The notes below the pieces were generated by a model. It ran no database searches and was not told the origin of the DNA. It was given only the letters and a program-made list of their open reading frames with translations. Below, one piece after another: positions 24,671 to 36,940 of a stretch of 64,000 nt of DNA. Made by a program: the position numbers and the translations under genes. The stretch comes from Scyliorhinus canicula (lineage: Eukaryota): the NCBI RefSeq assembly GCF_902713615.1, contig NC_052172.1:5995337-6059336 (forward strand), written 5' to 3'. How positions within the stretch are numbered: position 1 is the stretch's first letter; each line of letters begins with the position of its first letter.

Positions 24671-26189
24671 TGCCACAAAAAGAAAAAGTTAGTTTATTCA
24701 CTTTATTGCTCTGGAAGTTATGGATGAAAAGATAAAGTTACTGACACATACACCCACAAAGATTAGTTACAAATGACGATATAATACTTATAAACATAAA
24801 TTAATATTAGTCCGTATTCCAGTGAGATTTCCTGTTATTTTCTCCTAAGTGCTGGCTCTGAAGAGGAAACTGGGGTGCAGCTCCCCGGCTGCACAGCCGG
24901 CCGATCTCGCCAATTAATAAGGGATCTGATGGAGCGGCAACGCTGCCAACACAACGATCAGGACGCCCTGTTTAAAGGCTGTCCTGATCTGTCCCCACAC
25001 AGGAACCTGGGCAATCCCCCAGCACACAAGTGGAACCCCCCATGGAGCTCCCCAGAGGGGCCCCCTTGACACATCCCTCTGGTTACGGGCCTATACTTAA
25101 CTGTGGGACCCCAGGGATTCCCTTCGACCGCTTGACGTTTTTAAATACCTGCTTAAAAGCTTCATCCCTGGGACAATTTCCATTTAGCACTATTACAATC
25201 AAATCATCTTTTCCCTCCTTGTTTGGTTATTTTGTGAAAATGGATGTGCATACAAGTCAGCGACTGTTTAGTCTTTGTGAGATGTGTATAATCGTCTCAT
25301 TCAGACAGGTCTAATGTATGTGACGTTATGTTGGCAAGAGGGGGAGGTTCTAAATGTGAATGGAGCATAATGGTGGGAAAGCCTGCTAATTATATTAAAT
25401 GTATTGATAAAATTGTACTACTGCCAAGGGCAGGGGAAAATCGCAGAGCGAGATCTCCCCGACGAGAATCTCATTTTCCGGTTCTCGTGAGATTAGCCGT
25501 TTGCCTCCCTAGCGAAGGTGGGCACACAATCGCCCCCTGATGTGTTTTGAGGTTGCAATGCGGCATTGTCGCAAGTGAAGGCCTTGAGGTTCAGAGTTAT
25601 CTCCGCGGCTGTGATGGCTTCCACTGTTGAATGGCTGGAGGTTGCTTTAGTAGGTGAGTGGAGTCAGGGTTTACAAGGAGGGGAGACCGTTCCTGACTTC
25701 CGGTTCTGAAGGCGAGGCATTTTCAAGCTGCCCAGTTGCAGCAGAAGCTGTGCATGTTTCTAGAGGCCTTTCTCTAACCCTAATGTTCCTCCCTGGGTTG
25801 AAGCTTCTTCAAGATGGATCCCGCTCAAAAATGGCCACGATTATCATGTGACCTGTACAAGAATAGTTTTCCATGTAAGACAAGTCGTCATTCCATTACA
25901 GGTATCAATGTCTCTTGCAGAGATCAAAAGAGTCAAACCCGTTCACACTTTAGTGTCCTAATGTTAGGAGGAAAAGCTAGCAGGCTAAAGAGTTTCTATT
26001 TACTCTTCTGAAACAATAATAGAATTTTAAATGTAACGTAAAGTAAAGTTGCCACAGTCCCACATGACCACAGGCTGACTGGTGGCGATATAACCTGAGG
26101 GTTGGGTGAGGGGCCAAATTAAGCTACAAGACAGGTACAAGTGAAAGCTATCAGCTTCCCATCCTAGACAGATACTTTATTCAATATGC

Positions 26190-28460
26190 CACCGACTCAG
26201 CCTGTGGAGACTAACTCTCTAACTCTCTAACTCTTTCAAGATATCAGCCCCCGGGAAGGACGGCACCTCCCTTCTCGCAAAATCCCTCACCTGCAGGTAT
26301 CTGAAGCCGTTCCCCTTGGGCAACTCATTTCCTCCAACTCTTCCAGGCCTGCAAACTTGTCCCCTATAAACATGTCCCTGAAGTAGTCAATCTCCACCTG
26401 TCGCCACCCCCCCCCCCCCTCGGAATCTCGCATTCAGCCCCGCCGGCACAAACCTGTGATTGTCACATATCGGCACCCACAGCGTCATGCCCTCCAACCC
26501 AAGGTGTTGTCTGCACTGGTCCCAAACGTGCAACGCCGAGACCACCATCGGGCTCACAGTATATCAGATCAGCAAAAATGGAAGGGGTGCCAACAATAGT
26601 GTCCTCAAACTCGTTCCCTACATGACGCTGGCTCTATCTGCCCCCAAATCGAACCCTCCTTCACTGCTCATTTCCTTACCATTGTGATATTTGCCGCCCA
26701 ATAATAGTTCATCAAACCCGGCAACGCCAACCCACCATCGTCCCCTCTCCAAAAACAACCTCCTCACCCGTGGGGTCTTCCCCGCCCACACAAATCCCGC
26801 AATTATCCCGCTCACCCACCTGAAAAAAGACCTGGGAACAAAGTTGGAGAGCTTCTAGAACAGGAAACTGGGCAGCACCGTCATTTTAACCGGCTCCATG
26901 CGCCCAGCCAGTGACAGCGGCAACGCATCCCACCTCTTATAATCCGCCTTCATTCCTTCCACCAATCGAGCCAAATTCAGTGTATGCAGCTGCGCCCATC
27001 CAAAGATGTGCAGGGTAGGTGAATTGGCCACGCTAAATTGTCCCTTATTTGGAAAAACAATTGGGTACTCTAACAAAAGACCGTCCCCATACAACGAGAC
27101 TCTGTGCTCGGCCCCACCCCACTCAATCCCTCTCCAACCCATCGATGCCCTCAGTACCATTGCCAATGCCACTCGCCAAGGCAAAAAGCAATGGGGCTGG
27201 TGAGCATCCCTGCCTCGTCCCCTGATGCAGCCTGAAGTAACCCGAGCTTGTCATATTCGTCTGGACACGAGCCATCGGAGCTCTGTTCAACAGCCGAACC
27301 CAATCCGGGAAACCCCGGCCAAACCGACCCAATACCTCCCACAAATACGCCCACTCCACCCGATCAAATGCCTTCTCTGCATCCATCGCCACTACATCTA
27401 CCTCCTGCTCCTTCGAGGGCATCATAATGACATTGAGCAGCCTACACACATTTGCCGCCAGCTGCCGCCCCTTCACAAACCCCGTCTGGTCCTCCCCTTT
27501 CACCCCTGGCACACAGTCCTCTGTCTGCGACGCTAACATCTTCACTAATAACTTTGCATCCACGTTTAGCAGCGATATCGGGTGGTACGACCCACACTGC
27601 TCCGGGTCCTTATCTTTCTTTAAAATCAGCTAAATGGATGCCTGTGACAATGTGGGGTGGGGGTGGAGAGCTAAGTCCTCCCTTCCCCTTGCTTTGTTGT
27701 ATATCCTCACTATCAGAAGACCCAGCTCTGCACCAAACCTCTTATAAAACTCTGCTAGGAGCCCATCCGGCCCAGGGGCCTTCCCTGCCTGCATCCATCC
27801 TACCCCGTTTAATCACCTCCCTCAGCCCAATCGGCGCCCCCAACCCTGCACCGCCTCACACCCTCCTTCCCAGGCGGAGGCTCCGACTTATACAACTGCA
27901 AAAACCTCATTCACCCATTCTGGGTCCGTCATCGCCTTGCGCCTCTCATCCCTCACCCTACCAATCTCCCTCGCCGCGGACTGCTTCCTCAGTTTTTTTA
28001 AATAAATTTAGATTACCCAATTATTTTTTCCAATTAAGGAGCAATTTAGCGTGGCCAATCCACCTACTCTGCACATTTTTGGGTTGTGGGGGCGAAACCC
28101 ACGCAGACACGGGGAGAATGTGCAAACTCCACACGGACAGTGACCCAGAGCCGGGATCGAACCTGGGACCTCAGCGCCATGAAGCGGTTGTGCTAACCAC
28201 TAGGCCACCGTGCTGCCCCTGCTTCCTCAGTTAGTGCCAACATTCTACTCACATTTTCCCTATACTCGCACACTGCCCCTCTGCCTGTCTGCAATTGCCC
28301 CACCGCCTTCCCCATGAACACCAACCCAAATTCCATCTGGAGCCTCTGCCTCCTTTAGTAGCCCCTCCTCTGGCCCAACCGAGTACGTCTGATCCACCCT
28401 TAAAATCTCATCCACTAGCCTCGCTCTCTACTCTCGCTCCACCCTCTCGCTATACACCTG
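26190..28460 (-). mobile_element. Degenerate L1-clade ORF2 (RT region) with SINE insertions (approx. 27000-27075, 28010-28220)
   Basis: ORF 27123..27563 contains EDQTGFVKGRQ and AMDAEKAFDRVEW; ORF 26855..27184 contains HRVSLYGD and WDALPLSLAGR. Confidence 0.8.
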
Positions 28461-28640
28461 GATCCAGATGAATTCACGCCTGACTACCGCCAAGTGCCTC
28501 CCACACTGTGGAGGCCGAGACTCCCCCGTGTCATTCTGCTCCACATACCCTCGGATGGCGGCCCTTACCCTCCAGCACACCCCCCTCATCCGTCATCAAG
28601 CCCACATCCAAGGACTGATGGGCGTCCACGTGTGAGTGTA

Positions 28641-29037
28641 ATGCTAACAGTGGTGGCCCCATCTCGGAGCTCCGCTCTGGCTCACTGCTCAGCTCGCCTC
28701 CCACCGCCAATCGGCAGAACGTGACCCGCGGCTCCGTGGTCAAGCTGTTCAACGGCCGGCACAACGTCCACTTGCACTCCCACGACGTGAAGTACTGGTT
28801 GGGAAATGGGCAGCAGTCTGTGACTGGGGTGGACGCAGCTATTGGACAGTGAGAGGGAAGCAGGAGGAGGGGAATACCGATCAAACGAGGCCAGTCATTA
28901 GGGCTGACACTGGAAGAAACCTACACAGTCATCAATTTGTGTCACCACTCTGGAAACCAGGAAGTAAGGGCTTTCGGTGGGATTGGAGAAGGAGATGGCT
29001 TGGATGTTTTGATGGTGCGATGCAGTGGAACCAGTAA
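28641..29037 (+). pseudogene. SDF2: Processed pseudogene of stromal cell-derived factor 2 (MIR-domain protein), 3'-truncated
   Basis: From 28721: VTRGSVVKLFNGRHNVHLHSHDVKYWLGNGQQSVTGV, then in shifted frames YWTVRGK, GIPIK, TGRNLHSHQFVSPL, GNQEVRAFGGIGEGD. This matches recalled SDF2 (VTCGSVVKLLNTRHNVRLHSHDVRYGSGSGQQSVTGV...TGRNLHSHHFTSPLSGNQEVSAFGEEGEGD). No introns, several indels. Closer to SDF2 than to SDF2L1 by eye. Confidence 0.85.
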
Positions 29038-29053
29038 GAAATATTAAGACTGT

Positions 29054-29695
29054 GGGCGAAATTCTCCCCCCCCACGACGGGTGGGAGAATAGCGGGAGGG
29101 CCTTCCCGACTTTTTTGACGCCCTCCCGCTATTCTCCCCCCCCCCCGCCGAAATCCCGACACGAATCGCTGCCGCCGTTTTTTTTACGGCCGGCAGCGAT
29201 TCACAGCTGTTAGAAGGGCCGAAGTCCCAGCCCTTTACGACCTTTTTACGAACGGCAAACACACCTGGTCCTGCCGTTCGTAAAAACGTCGTGACCACCT
29301 GGAAAAAAATAACCATGGCACCGATTGGCACGGCAGTACCACGGCCGTGCCAAGGGTGCCATGGGCCCGCGATCGGTGCCCACCGATCGCGGGCAGCGGG
29401 CCCGATGCCCGCGCACTATTTGTCCTTCCGCCGCCCCGCAGTATCAATACGCGGGGCGGCTGAGGGGCAACCCGGACCGCGCATGCGCGGGTTTCGCGCA
29501 AAAAACGCGATGACGTCACCCGCGCATGCGCGGGTGGAGTCTTCCCACCTGCGCATGCGCGGCTGACGTCATATGACGCGTCAGCCGGCGCTAAGTCCGA
29601 CAAGCGGGCTTAACGATTTTCGTTAAGCCCGACTTGTCGGAGCCTCCGACGTCGGGCTGCTAGCCGATTTCTCCCGTTTTGGGAGAATTTCGCCC
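29054..29695. mobile_element. Harbinger-like MITE related to the 9661 element
   Basis: Perfect TIR GGGCGAAATTCTCCC / GGGAGAATTTCGCCC; flanks TGT/AGT (imperfect TSD); subterminal sequence similar to the reverse complement of the right end of the 9661 element. Confidence 0.78.
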
Positions 29696-30379
29696 AGTGT
29701 GTGTGTGTGTTGACAAATTACTTCATTGCGCCTAAAGTCATAGTTTTTCTAGACTTGTTTAAATTTTGAAACAAACGGGAATATATTTAAAACAAAGTTT
29801 GTGTGTAAATGTAAGGATGCACATGTCCAACTGAAATTGTTTTGATTTTCCCAAACCTGCAAACAACTGGCTCATACAGTGGAAAAGTCCCATCTACTCA
29901 ATCTACCAATCACTATAAACCCCCTGGTAATTGGCGGCTCAGCCAGGGAAACAGATCTTTCCTGCCTACCCTCTTGAAGCCCCTTGTAACGCTGCACTCC
30001 TCTGTTGGGAGTGCAGCTTGTTCTGAGTGGAATTTCGTAGAATTTACAGTGGAGGAGGAGGCCTTTCGGCCCATTAAGTCTGCACCAACCCTCCGAAAGA
30101 GCACCCTACCCCAGACCCACACTTCTACTCCTTCCCTTTTGGACACTGGGGCAATTTATCATGGCCAATCGGATTGGATTGGATTGGATTGGATTTGTTT
30201 ATTGTCACGTGTACCGAGGTACAGTGAAAAGTTTTTTTCTGCAAGCAGCTCAACAGATCATTCAGTACATGGAAGAAAAGGGAATTAAACAAAATTCAAG
30301 AAAATACATGAGAATACATAATAGAGCAAAACAAGATATACAATGTAACTACATAAGCATTGGCATCGGTTGAAGCATA

Positions 30380-30640
30380 CGGGGTGTAGTGTTAATGAGG
30401 TCAGTCAATAAGAGGGTCATTTAGGAGTCTGGTGACAGTGGGGAAGAAGCTGTTTTTGAGTCTGTTCGAGCGTGTTCTCAGACTTCTGAATCTCCTGCCC
30501 GATGGAAGAAGTTGGAAAAGTGAGTAAGCCGGGTGGGAGGGATCCTTGATTATGCTGCCCGCTTTCCCCTGGCAGCGGGAGGTGTAGATGGAATCAATGG
30601 ATGGGAGGCAGGTTCGTGTGATGGACTGGGCGGGGGTCAG
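30380..30640 (-). mobile_element. Rex1/Babar LINE 3' fragment
   Basis: ORF 30401..30751 ends with LPSIDSIYTSRC...IIKDPSHP...LLPSGRRFRSLRTRSNRLKNSFFP, a Rex1-type C-terminus. Confidence 0.75.
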
Positions 30641-30719
30641 AGAATCCTGCCCCATGTCTTCAGTCTTTGTAGGCCAGTTAATATAAGACACTGGCACTTT
30701 ATCAATTGAGGCATAGATT

Positions 30720-33395
30720 ACAAAAACAGGGAGATCATGTTGGAGTTGCACAGAACTTTGGTGAGGCCACAGCTGGAGTACTGTGTGAAATTCTGGTCAC
30801 CACGTTATAGGAAAGATGTAATTGCACTGGAGGGGGTGCAGAGGAAATTCACCAGAATGTTGCCTGGGATGGAACACTGATGTTATGAAGAGAGGTTGGA
30901 TAGGCTTGGGTTGTTTTTGCTGGAACAGAGAATGTTGACCTGATCGAGATGTACAAGATTATGAGAGACATGGACAGGGTGGATAGGGAGCAGCTGTGCC
31001 TCTCAGTTGAAGGTTCAGTCACAAGTTCAAGGTAAGGGGTATGTGAGGAAATACCTTTTTACCCAGAGGGTGTTAACAATCTGAAATGCACGGCCTGGGA
31101 GGATCGGCAAGTAATCCTGTGTTTGCTAACTTTATTTATAGGTGGTTTTTGACCTGTGATGTGGTTTGTGTGATTGGAAATGATACAGATATCAGTTAAA
31201 AGTTAAAGTGTTTCCTTTTATTCATGAGCGTTGTTTGATTGGTGATTATAAGCTTTATTTCTGTGCGGCTAAGGCAGTTTGATGCTGTGTTAATAATGAA
31301 GTTTGTTTTACGATACCATATCTGGGTATGTGAGCAGAATCACTCTTGAAACAAAGTATCCTTTCCTTGCAGTTTTACAAATGCAAACAAAGTTTTGGGG
31401 TTTCCGCCTGGTATCCTGGCAACTGTTGCGGGCTGGTCTGGGATCGTAACACTTGTAGGACTCTTGGATGTAGGCCACGGAATTGGCATACTTTACTCCC
31501 AACAGTTTTCCGAGCATCTTTCCCTTTGGATGCAGATGGTTTTGAATTCCTACCTCCGTTTTTCTTGATGTTCCGTTATTCTTGGGGTGCTTTTAGTGTC
31601 TTTTCCTGTGAAGACGGGTGAAAACTATTTGTTTACAGTCAGTCATTTCCACATTGCTAATTCCCCAGTCTCCTCTTCGAAGGGACTTGTGTACCCTTTA
31701 GCTTCTCTCTTCCTTTTGTATAGTTGTGAACCCTGTTCTTAGATTTCTTCTCTGTTTACTTTCATGTTCTAATTTCCACCCCTTTATTATTCTTTTGAAT
31801 CGTCCTTTGAAATGAAATGAAAATTGCTTATTGTCACGAGTAGGCTTCAATTAAGTTACTGTGAAAAGCCCCTAGTCGCCACATTCCGGCGCCTGTCCGG
31901 GGAGGCTGGTACGGGCTTTTTAATAAAAAATTCCCCAAACTCTGCTAGTGATTTTGACATCATTTTATACATTTCTTTTCCATTTGATACCATGTTCATA
32001 GTCAGCAATGGACAGTGTAAGGGCAGCACGGTGGCGCAGCGGTTAGCACAGCTGCCTCACGGCGCCGAGGTCCCAGGTTCGATCCTGGCTCTGGGTCACT
32101 GTCCGTGTGGAGTTTGCACATTCTCCCCGTGTCCGATGGGTTTCACCCCCACAACCCAAAGATGTGCAGGGTAGGTGGATTGGCCACGCTAAATTGCCCC
32201 TTAATTGGAAAAAAGATTGGGATTATTAAAAAAACAATAAATGTAAGTTTTTAAAAAGAAGCAATGGATATTGCATTCTCCTTGAGGAGACTTTCTTTCT
32301 CAATTAGATATATCTTTGTTGAGAGTTATAAATTGCTGAAATCTCTGCCACTGCTTCTCCACTATCTTGGGCAGGATTCTCCGTCCTGCCGCACCCGTTT
32401 TGGTACGGCGCGCCCTGCCGGTCCGGTAGCCGGACATTGGGGATTACGGGTAATCCGTGGGCGTGAGTGCGCTGCCGGCCGAGAATCTAGCCCCTTATCG
32501 TTTAGCCTGTTTTCCCAGTCGCTGGAGCCAACTCTGCCTTCATATGTTTGTAATTGCCTTCGTTTAGGTTCAAGACCCCCGTTCTTGTTGAAACAGTGTA
32601 GATGGGGGCCAGACAATCTAAACTTGGCAAAAGCTCTGGTTCTGCTGCTGTTTGGTTGATGGAAAGTGGCAGATCGACTCTTTCAGCTTCACAAGACGAT
32701 AGCTTTGGGGTTGGGTGGGGGGTGGGGGGCTTAATGCCCACTTCTTCCCTTTGGGTTGGACAAAGGATATATATTCCTGATCTGGATTATTGAGATAAGA
32801 CCATCATGAGACATAGGAGCAGAATTAGGCCACTCGACCCATCAATTCTGCTCCGCCATTCAATCGTTGCTGATATTTTCTCACCCCCATTCTCTTGCCT
32901 TCTCCCCATAACCCCTGATCTCCTTATTGATCAAAAACCTATCTATCTCTGTCTTAAAGGCACTCAGTGATTTGGCCTCCACAGTGTTCTGTGGCAAAGA
33001 GTTCCACAGATTCACCACCCTCTGGCTGAAGAAATTCCTCCGCAACTCTATTTTATAGGATTGTCCCTTTAGTCTCAGATTGTGTCCTCTGCTTCTAGTT
33101 TCTCCTACAAGTGGAAACATCTTCTCAACGTCCACTCTGTCCAGGCCTCTCATTATCCTGTACATTTCAGTACGAACCCCGTCACCTTTCTAAACTCGAA
33201 CAAGTACAGATCCAGAGTCCTCAACTGTTCCTCATATGACGAGCTCTTCATTCCAGGGATCATTCTTGTGAATCACATCTGGACCCTTTCCAAGAATCCT
33301 TTCCATCCTTCTTTAGTTTTCCACTGCTCTCTCCTGGCCCTGCCCCCAAAGATTACAGAAGGAGGTCCCATTTGTAAACTTACAGGGCGGCCAAC

Positions 33396-33426
<31 letters not shown>

Positions 33427-36400
33427 ACCTCCCCAAAAGTTGACATAGACAATTCCCATTGTAATCATGACACTTTCGCCAAGCCCCATACCACCCCCCC
33501 AAATTCTACATTGGGATTTTCCATTGTATAAATGACAGGTCCGCCTCCAACCCATGACGGTTACTATTTAATTCATGAAGGGGTTTACCAGAAGTTTCAG
33601 GGTCCTTTCTCCTCGCACGCGGGTCATCTCCATTGGCCAATTCCTGCCTTAGAAAAGTGCATTATTTTCAAATTCTTTATTCGTTCTTGAAATGTGGGCA
33701 TCACTAGCTGGGTCAGCATTTGTTGCCCTACTTGCCCTTCAACTGAGTGGCTTGTTCGGCCATTTCAGAGGGGAGCAGAGGGGAGTCACGGTAGCACAGT
33801 GGTTAGCACTGTTGCTTCACAGTGGCAGGGACCTGGGTTCGATTCCTGGCTTGGATCACTGTTTGTGCGGAGTCTGCACATTCTCCCCGTGGCTGCGTGG
33901 GTTTCCTCCGGGTGCTCCGGTTTCCTCCCACAAGCCCAGAAAGACGTGCTGTTAGACGAATTGGACATTCTGAATTCTCCCTCGGTTTAGCCGAACAGGC
34001 GCCGGAATGTGGCGACTAGGGGCTTTTCACAGTCACTTCATTGCAGTGTTAATGTAAGCCAGCTTGTGACAATAAATTAAATTATAAATTAAATAGTGGC
34101 AGTTATATATATGAAATCTGCCATAAGTCTACGAGGACTGGTGTAGGTTTTCCAGTCATTAGAGGAGGTAATGATGAGTCAGCTATTGTTAATCTCTATC
34201 AGATAACAGCCACCACCCAGCAAGCCCAAGCCTTGTCCATTCTTCAACTCTGGAAAATCACCTCCAATAAAATGCTTGAACCCCACCTTCTGACTCACCA
34301 AACTACGTTCAAGATCTTGGGACGTTTGAACTTGTGTACACAGCAAAGGGTAATTCCAATGAGGCCGAGGATAACCGGCAATACAACCACCACGATCTTC
34401 CATCCGCGGATTTGAGTTCTGTCACCTGTTTCCCAAGAGATTGGCAAAACAATATTCCGTTACTCCCAGCATAAATCCCAAAAAGGAAGTTTAATGTTGT
34501 GCAAGATTCTCAATTCTACAACAGTTTTAGAACATAGAACATAGAACATAGAACAGTACAGCACAGAACAGGCCCTTCAGCCCTCGATGTTGTGCCGAGC
34601 AATGATCACCCTACTCAAACCCATGTATCCACCCTATACCCGTAACCCAACAACCCCCCCCTTAACCTTACTTTTTAGGACACTACGGGCAATTTAGCAT
34701 GGCCAATCCATCTAACCTGCACATCTTTGGACTATGGGAGGAAACCGGAGCACCCAGAGGAAACCCACGCACACACGGGGAGGACGTGCAGACTCCGCAC
34801 AGACAGTGACCCAGCCGGGAACCGAACCTGGGACCCTGGAGCTGTGAAGCATTTATGCTAACCACCATGCTACCGTGCTGCCCATGGAATGGCTGCTGTG
34901 ACTCTTAAGCTGATCCAAATCACTGTATAAAATCACCCCACCTACACTCTCAACCAGACAATGTTTTGGACACATCTTCATCAGCAAGATGATGATAAAG
35001 CCACCTTTGGATTGTCCTGGGGATTCTCTGTTATTGAGCATAATCAGGGAGGAGATTGATTTTTATTTTTGGACACTGTGAGAGTCAAGGAATATGAACT
35101 TCAGTAAGGCCTTTGACAAGGACCCTCATGGTAGACTGGTACAAAAGGTGAAGTCACACGGGATCAGAGGTGAGCTGGCAAGATGGATACAGAACTGGCT
35201 AGGTCATAGAAGGCAGAGAGTAGCAATGGAAGGGTGCTTTTCTGAGTGGAGGGCTGTGACTAGTGGTGTTCCGCAGGGATCAGTGCTGGGACCGTTGCTG
35301 TTCGTAGCATAAATAAATGATTTGGAGGAAAATGTAACTGGTCTGATTAGTAAATTTGCGGATGACACAAAGGTTGGTGGAATTGCGGATAGCGATGAGG
35401 ACTGTCAGAGGATACAGCAGAATAAAGATCAGTTGGAGACTTGGGCGGAGAAATGGTAGATGCAGTTCAATCCGGACAAATGTGAGGTAAGGCGTTTTGG
35501 AAGGTCTAATACAGGTGGGAAGTAAAGAGTAAATGGCAGAATCTTTAGGAGTATTGACAGGCAGAGAGATCTGGCCTTAAAGTCCACAGGTCACTGAAAG
35601 TGGCAACGCAGGTGGAGAAGGTAGTCAAGAAGGCACAGGGCATGCTCGTCTTCATCGGCCGGGGCATTGAATATAAAAATTAGCAAGTCATGTTGCAGCT
35701 GTATAGAACCTTAGTTTGGCCACACTTGGAATATAGTGTATAATTCTGGTCACCACATGATGAGAAGGATGTGGAGCCTTTGGAGAGGATTTAGCAGGAT
35801 GTTGCCTGGTATGGAGGATATTAGTCACAGGCAGGGGCACACAGTGCCTTCCTGTTGTAAGAAAATGCTAAATAATATCTGTTCAACCAACTGTCGCCCC
35901 ACAGCTGCAAAATCTCACTTGGATCAGAATCTCAATTAGCGAAATCATTCCTCAAAAAGCGAGGCTACCGAAATCATCACACGTTTCCTTGTCTGACTCT
36001 CCCTGGTCTGTTCTGATTCTGTGGTCGATTCCTCCGCACGAGTCCTTGTCCCACTCTCTCCCTTAACGAATGAGAGATTCACCTGCTGGACGAAATTCAG
36101 TCTTGCCCCAAACCTGGCACCAGTACACAGACAGGACCCTGACTTCACTTGATATGGGAGTGACAGACCCCTCGAACCTTCAAATTGGTTGCAGACGGGT
36201 GGGGAGAATAGGGTGAGATCTCTGGACTGTAGTACGGATTTTAAAGCTTTTCAAAAAAAATTTGAGTACCCGATTCTTTTCCCCCCAATTAAGGGGCAAT
36301 TTAGCATGGCCAATCCACCTACCCTGCACATACATCTTTTTGGGTTGTGGGGGTGAGACCCACGCAGACACGGGGAGAATGTGCAAACTCCACATGGACA

Positions 36401-36480
36401 GTGACCCAGGGCTGGAATCGAACCCGGGTCCTCGGTGCCGTGAGGCAGCAGTGCTAACTATTGTGCCACCGTGCTGCCCT
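30720..36480. mobile_element. Mixed CR1 fragments (approx. 30720-31100 +, 32800-33300 -, 35085-35820 +) and SINEs (approx. 32021-32230 +, 33780-34080 +, 34528-34883 -, 36250-36480 -)
   Basis: CR1 motifs (FSKAFDK, GVPQGSVLGP, FFSQRVVNLWN) in the ORF track; SINE heads and cores. Confidence 0.8.
32369..32493. mobile_element. Short (125 bp) Harbinger-like MITE
   Basis: Imperfect TIRs GGGCAGGATTCTC / GAGAATCTAGCCC; 3-bp TSD CTT on both sides. Confidence 0.7.
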
Positions 36481-36940
36481 GATTTTACAGCTTTAAGTAA
36501 CACAAAAGACATAGGAGCAGAATTAGGCCATTCAGCCCATTGGGTCTACTCCCCCATTCAATCATGGCTGATATGTTTCTCATCCCCATTCTTCTGCCTT
36601 CTCCCCGTAACCCCAAGAACCTATATATCTCTGTCTCAAAGACACTTCGTGATTTAATAAACTTGGAATATAAGAGTTGGTTTAAGGAGATTAAGTGCAA
36701 ACAAATGAATTTAGTAAAAAATCTTCCAGCACTCAGACCCTACGGAAAGAAAGTTGTGAATGGCCAGATTGTTCAGTGGCAAAGTTATCCAACACAAATA
36801 CAAAAGAAGCACAAAGCAGTGTTTAATGATGTAGGAATCCAGGAGGACTCGTTATAATTCTGACTGACAGAATATAGTTTTATTTAGATTTTTTTAAACT
36901 TAGAGAACCCGATTCTTTTTCTTTACCCAATTAAGGCAGA

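Noticed and set aside
21180-24701. Many long Gly/Arg/Cys/Val-rich ORFs (up to 555 aa) on the minus strand
   Set aside because: They are translations of the 20-bp minisatellite, with no splice or start context and no domain.
31144-31200. GGTTTTTGA nonamer-like word suggesting a J-segment RSS
   Set aside because: No heptamer at the right spacing and no FGxG motif or splice donor after it.
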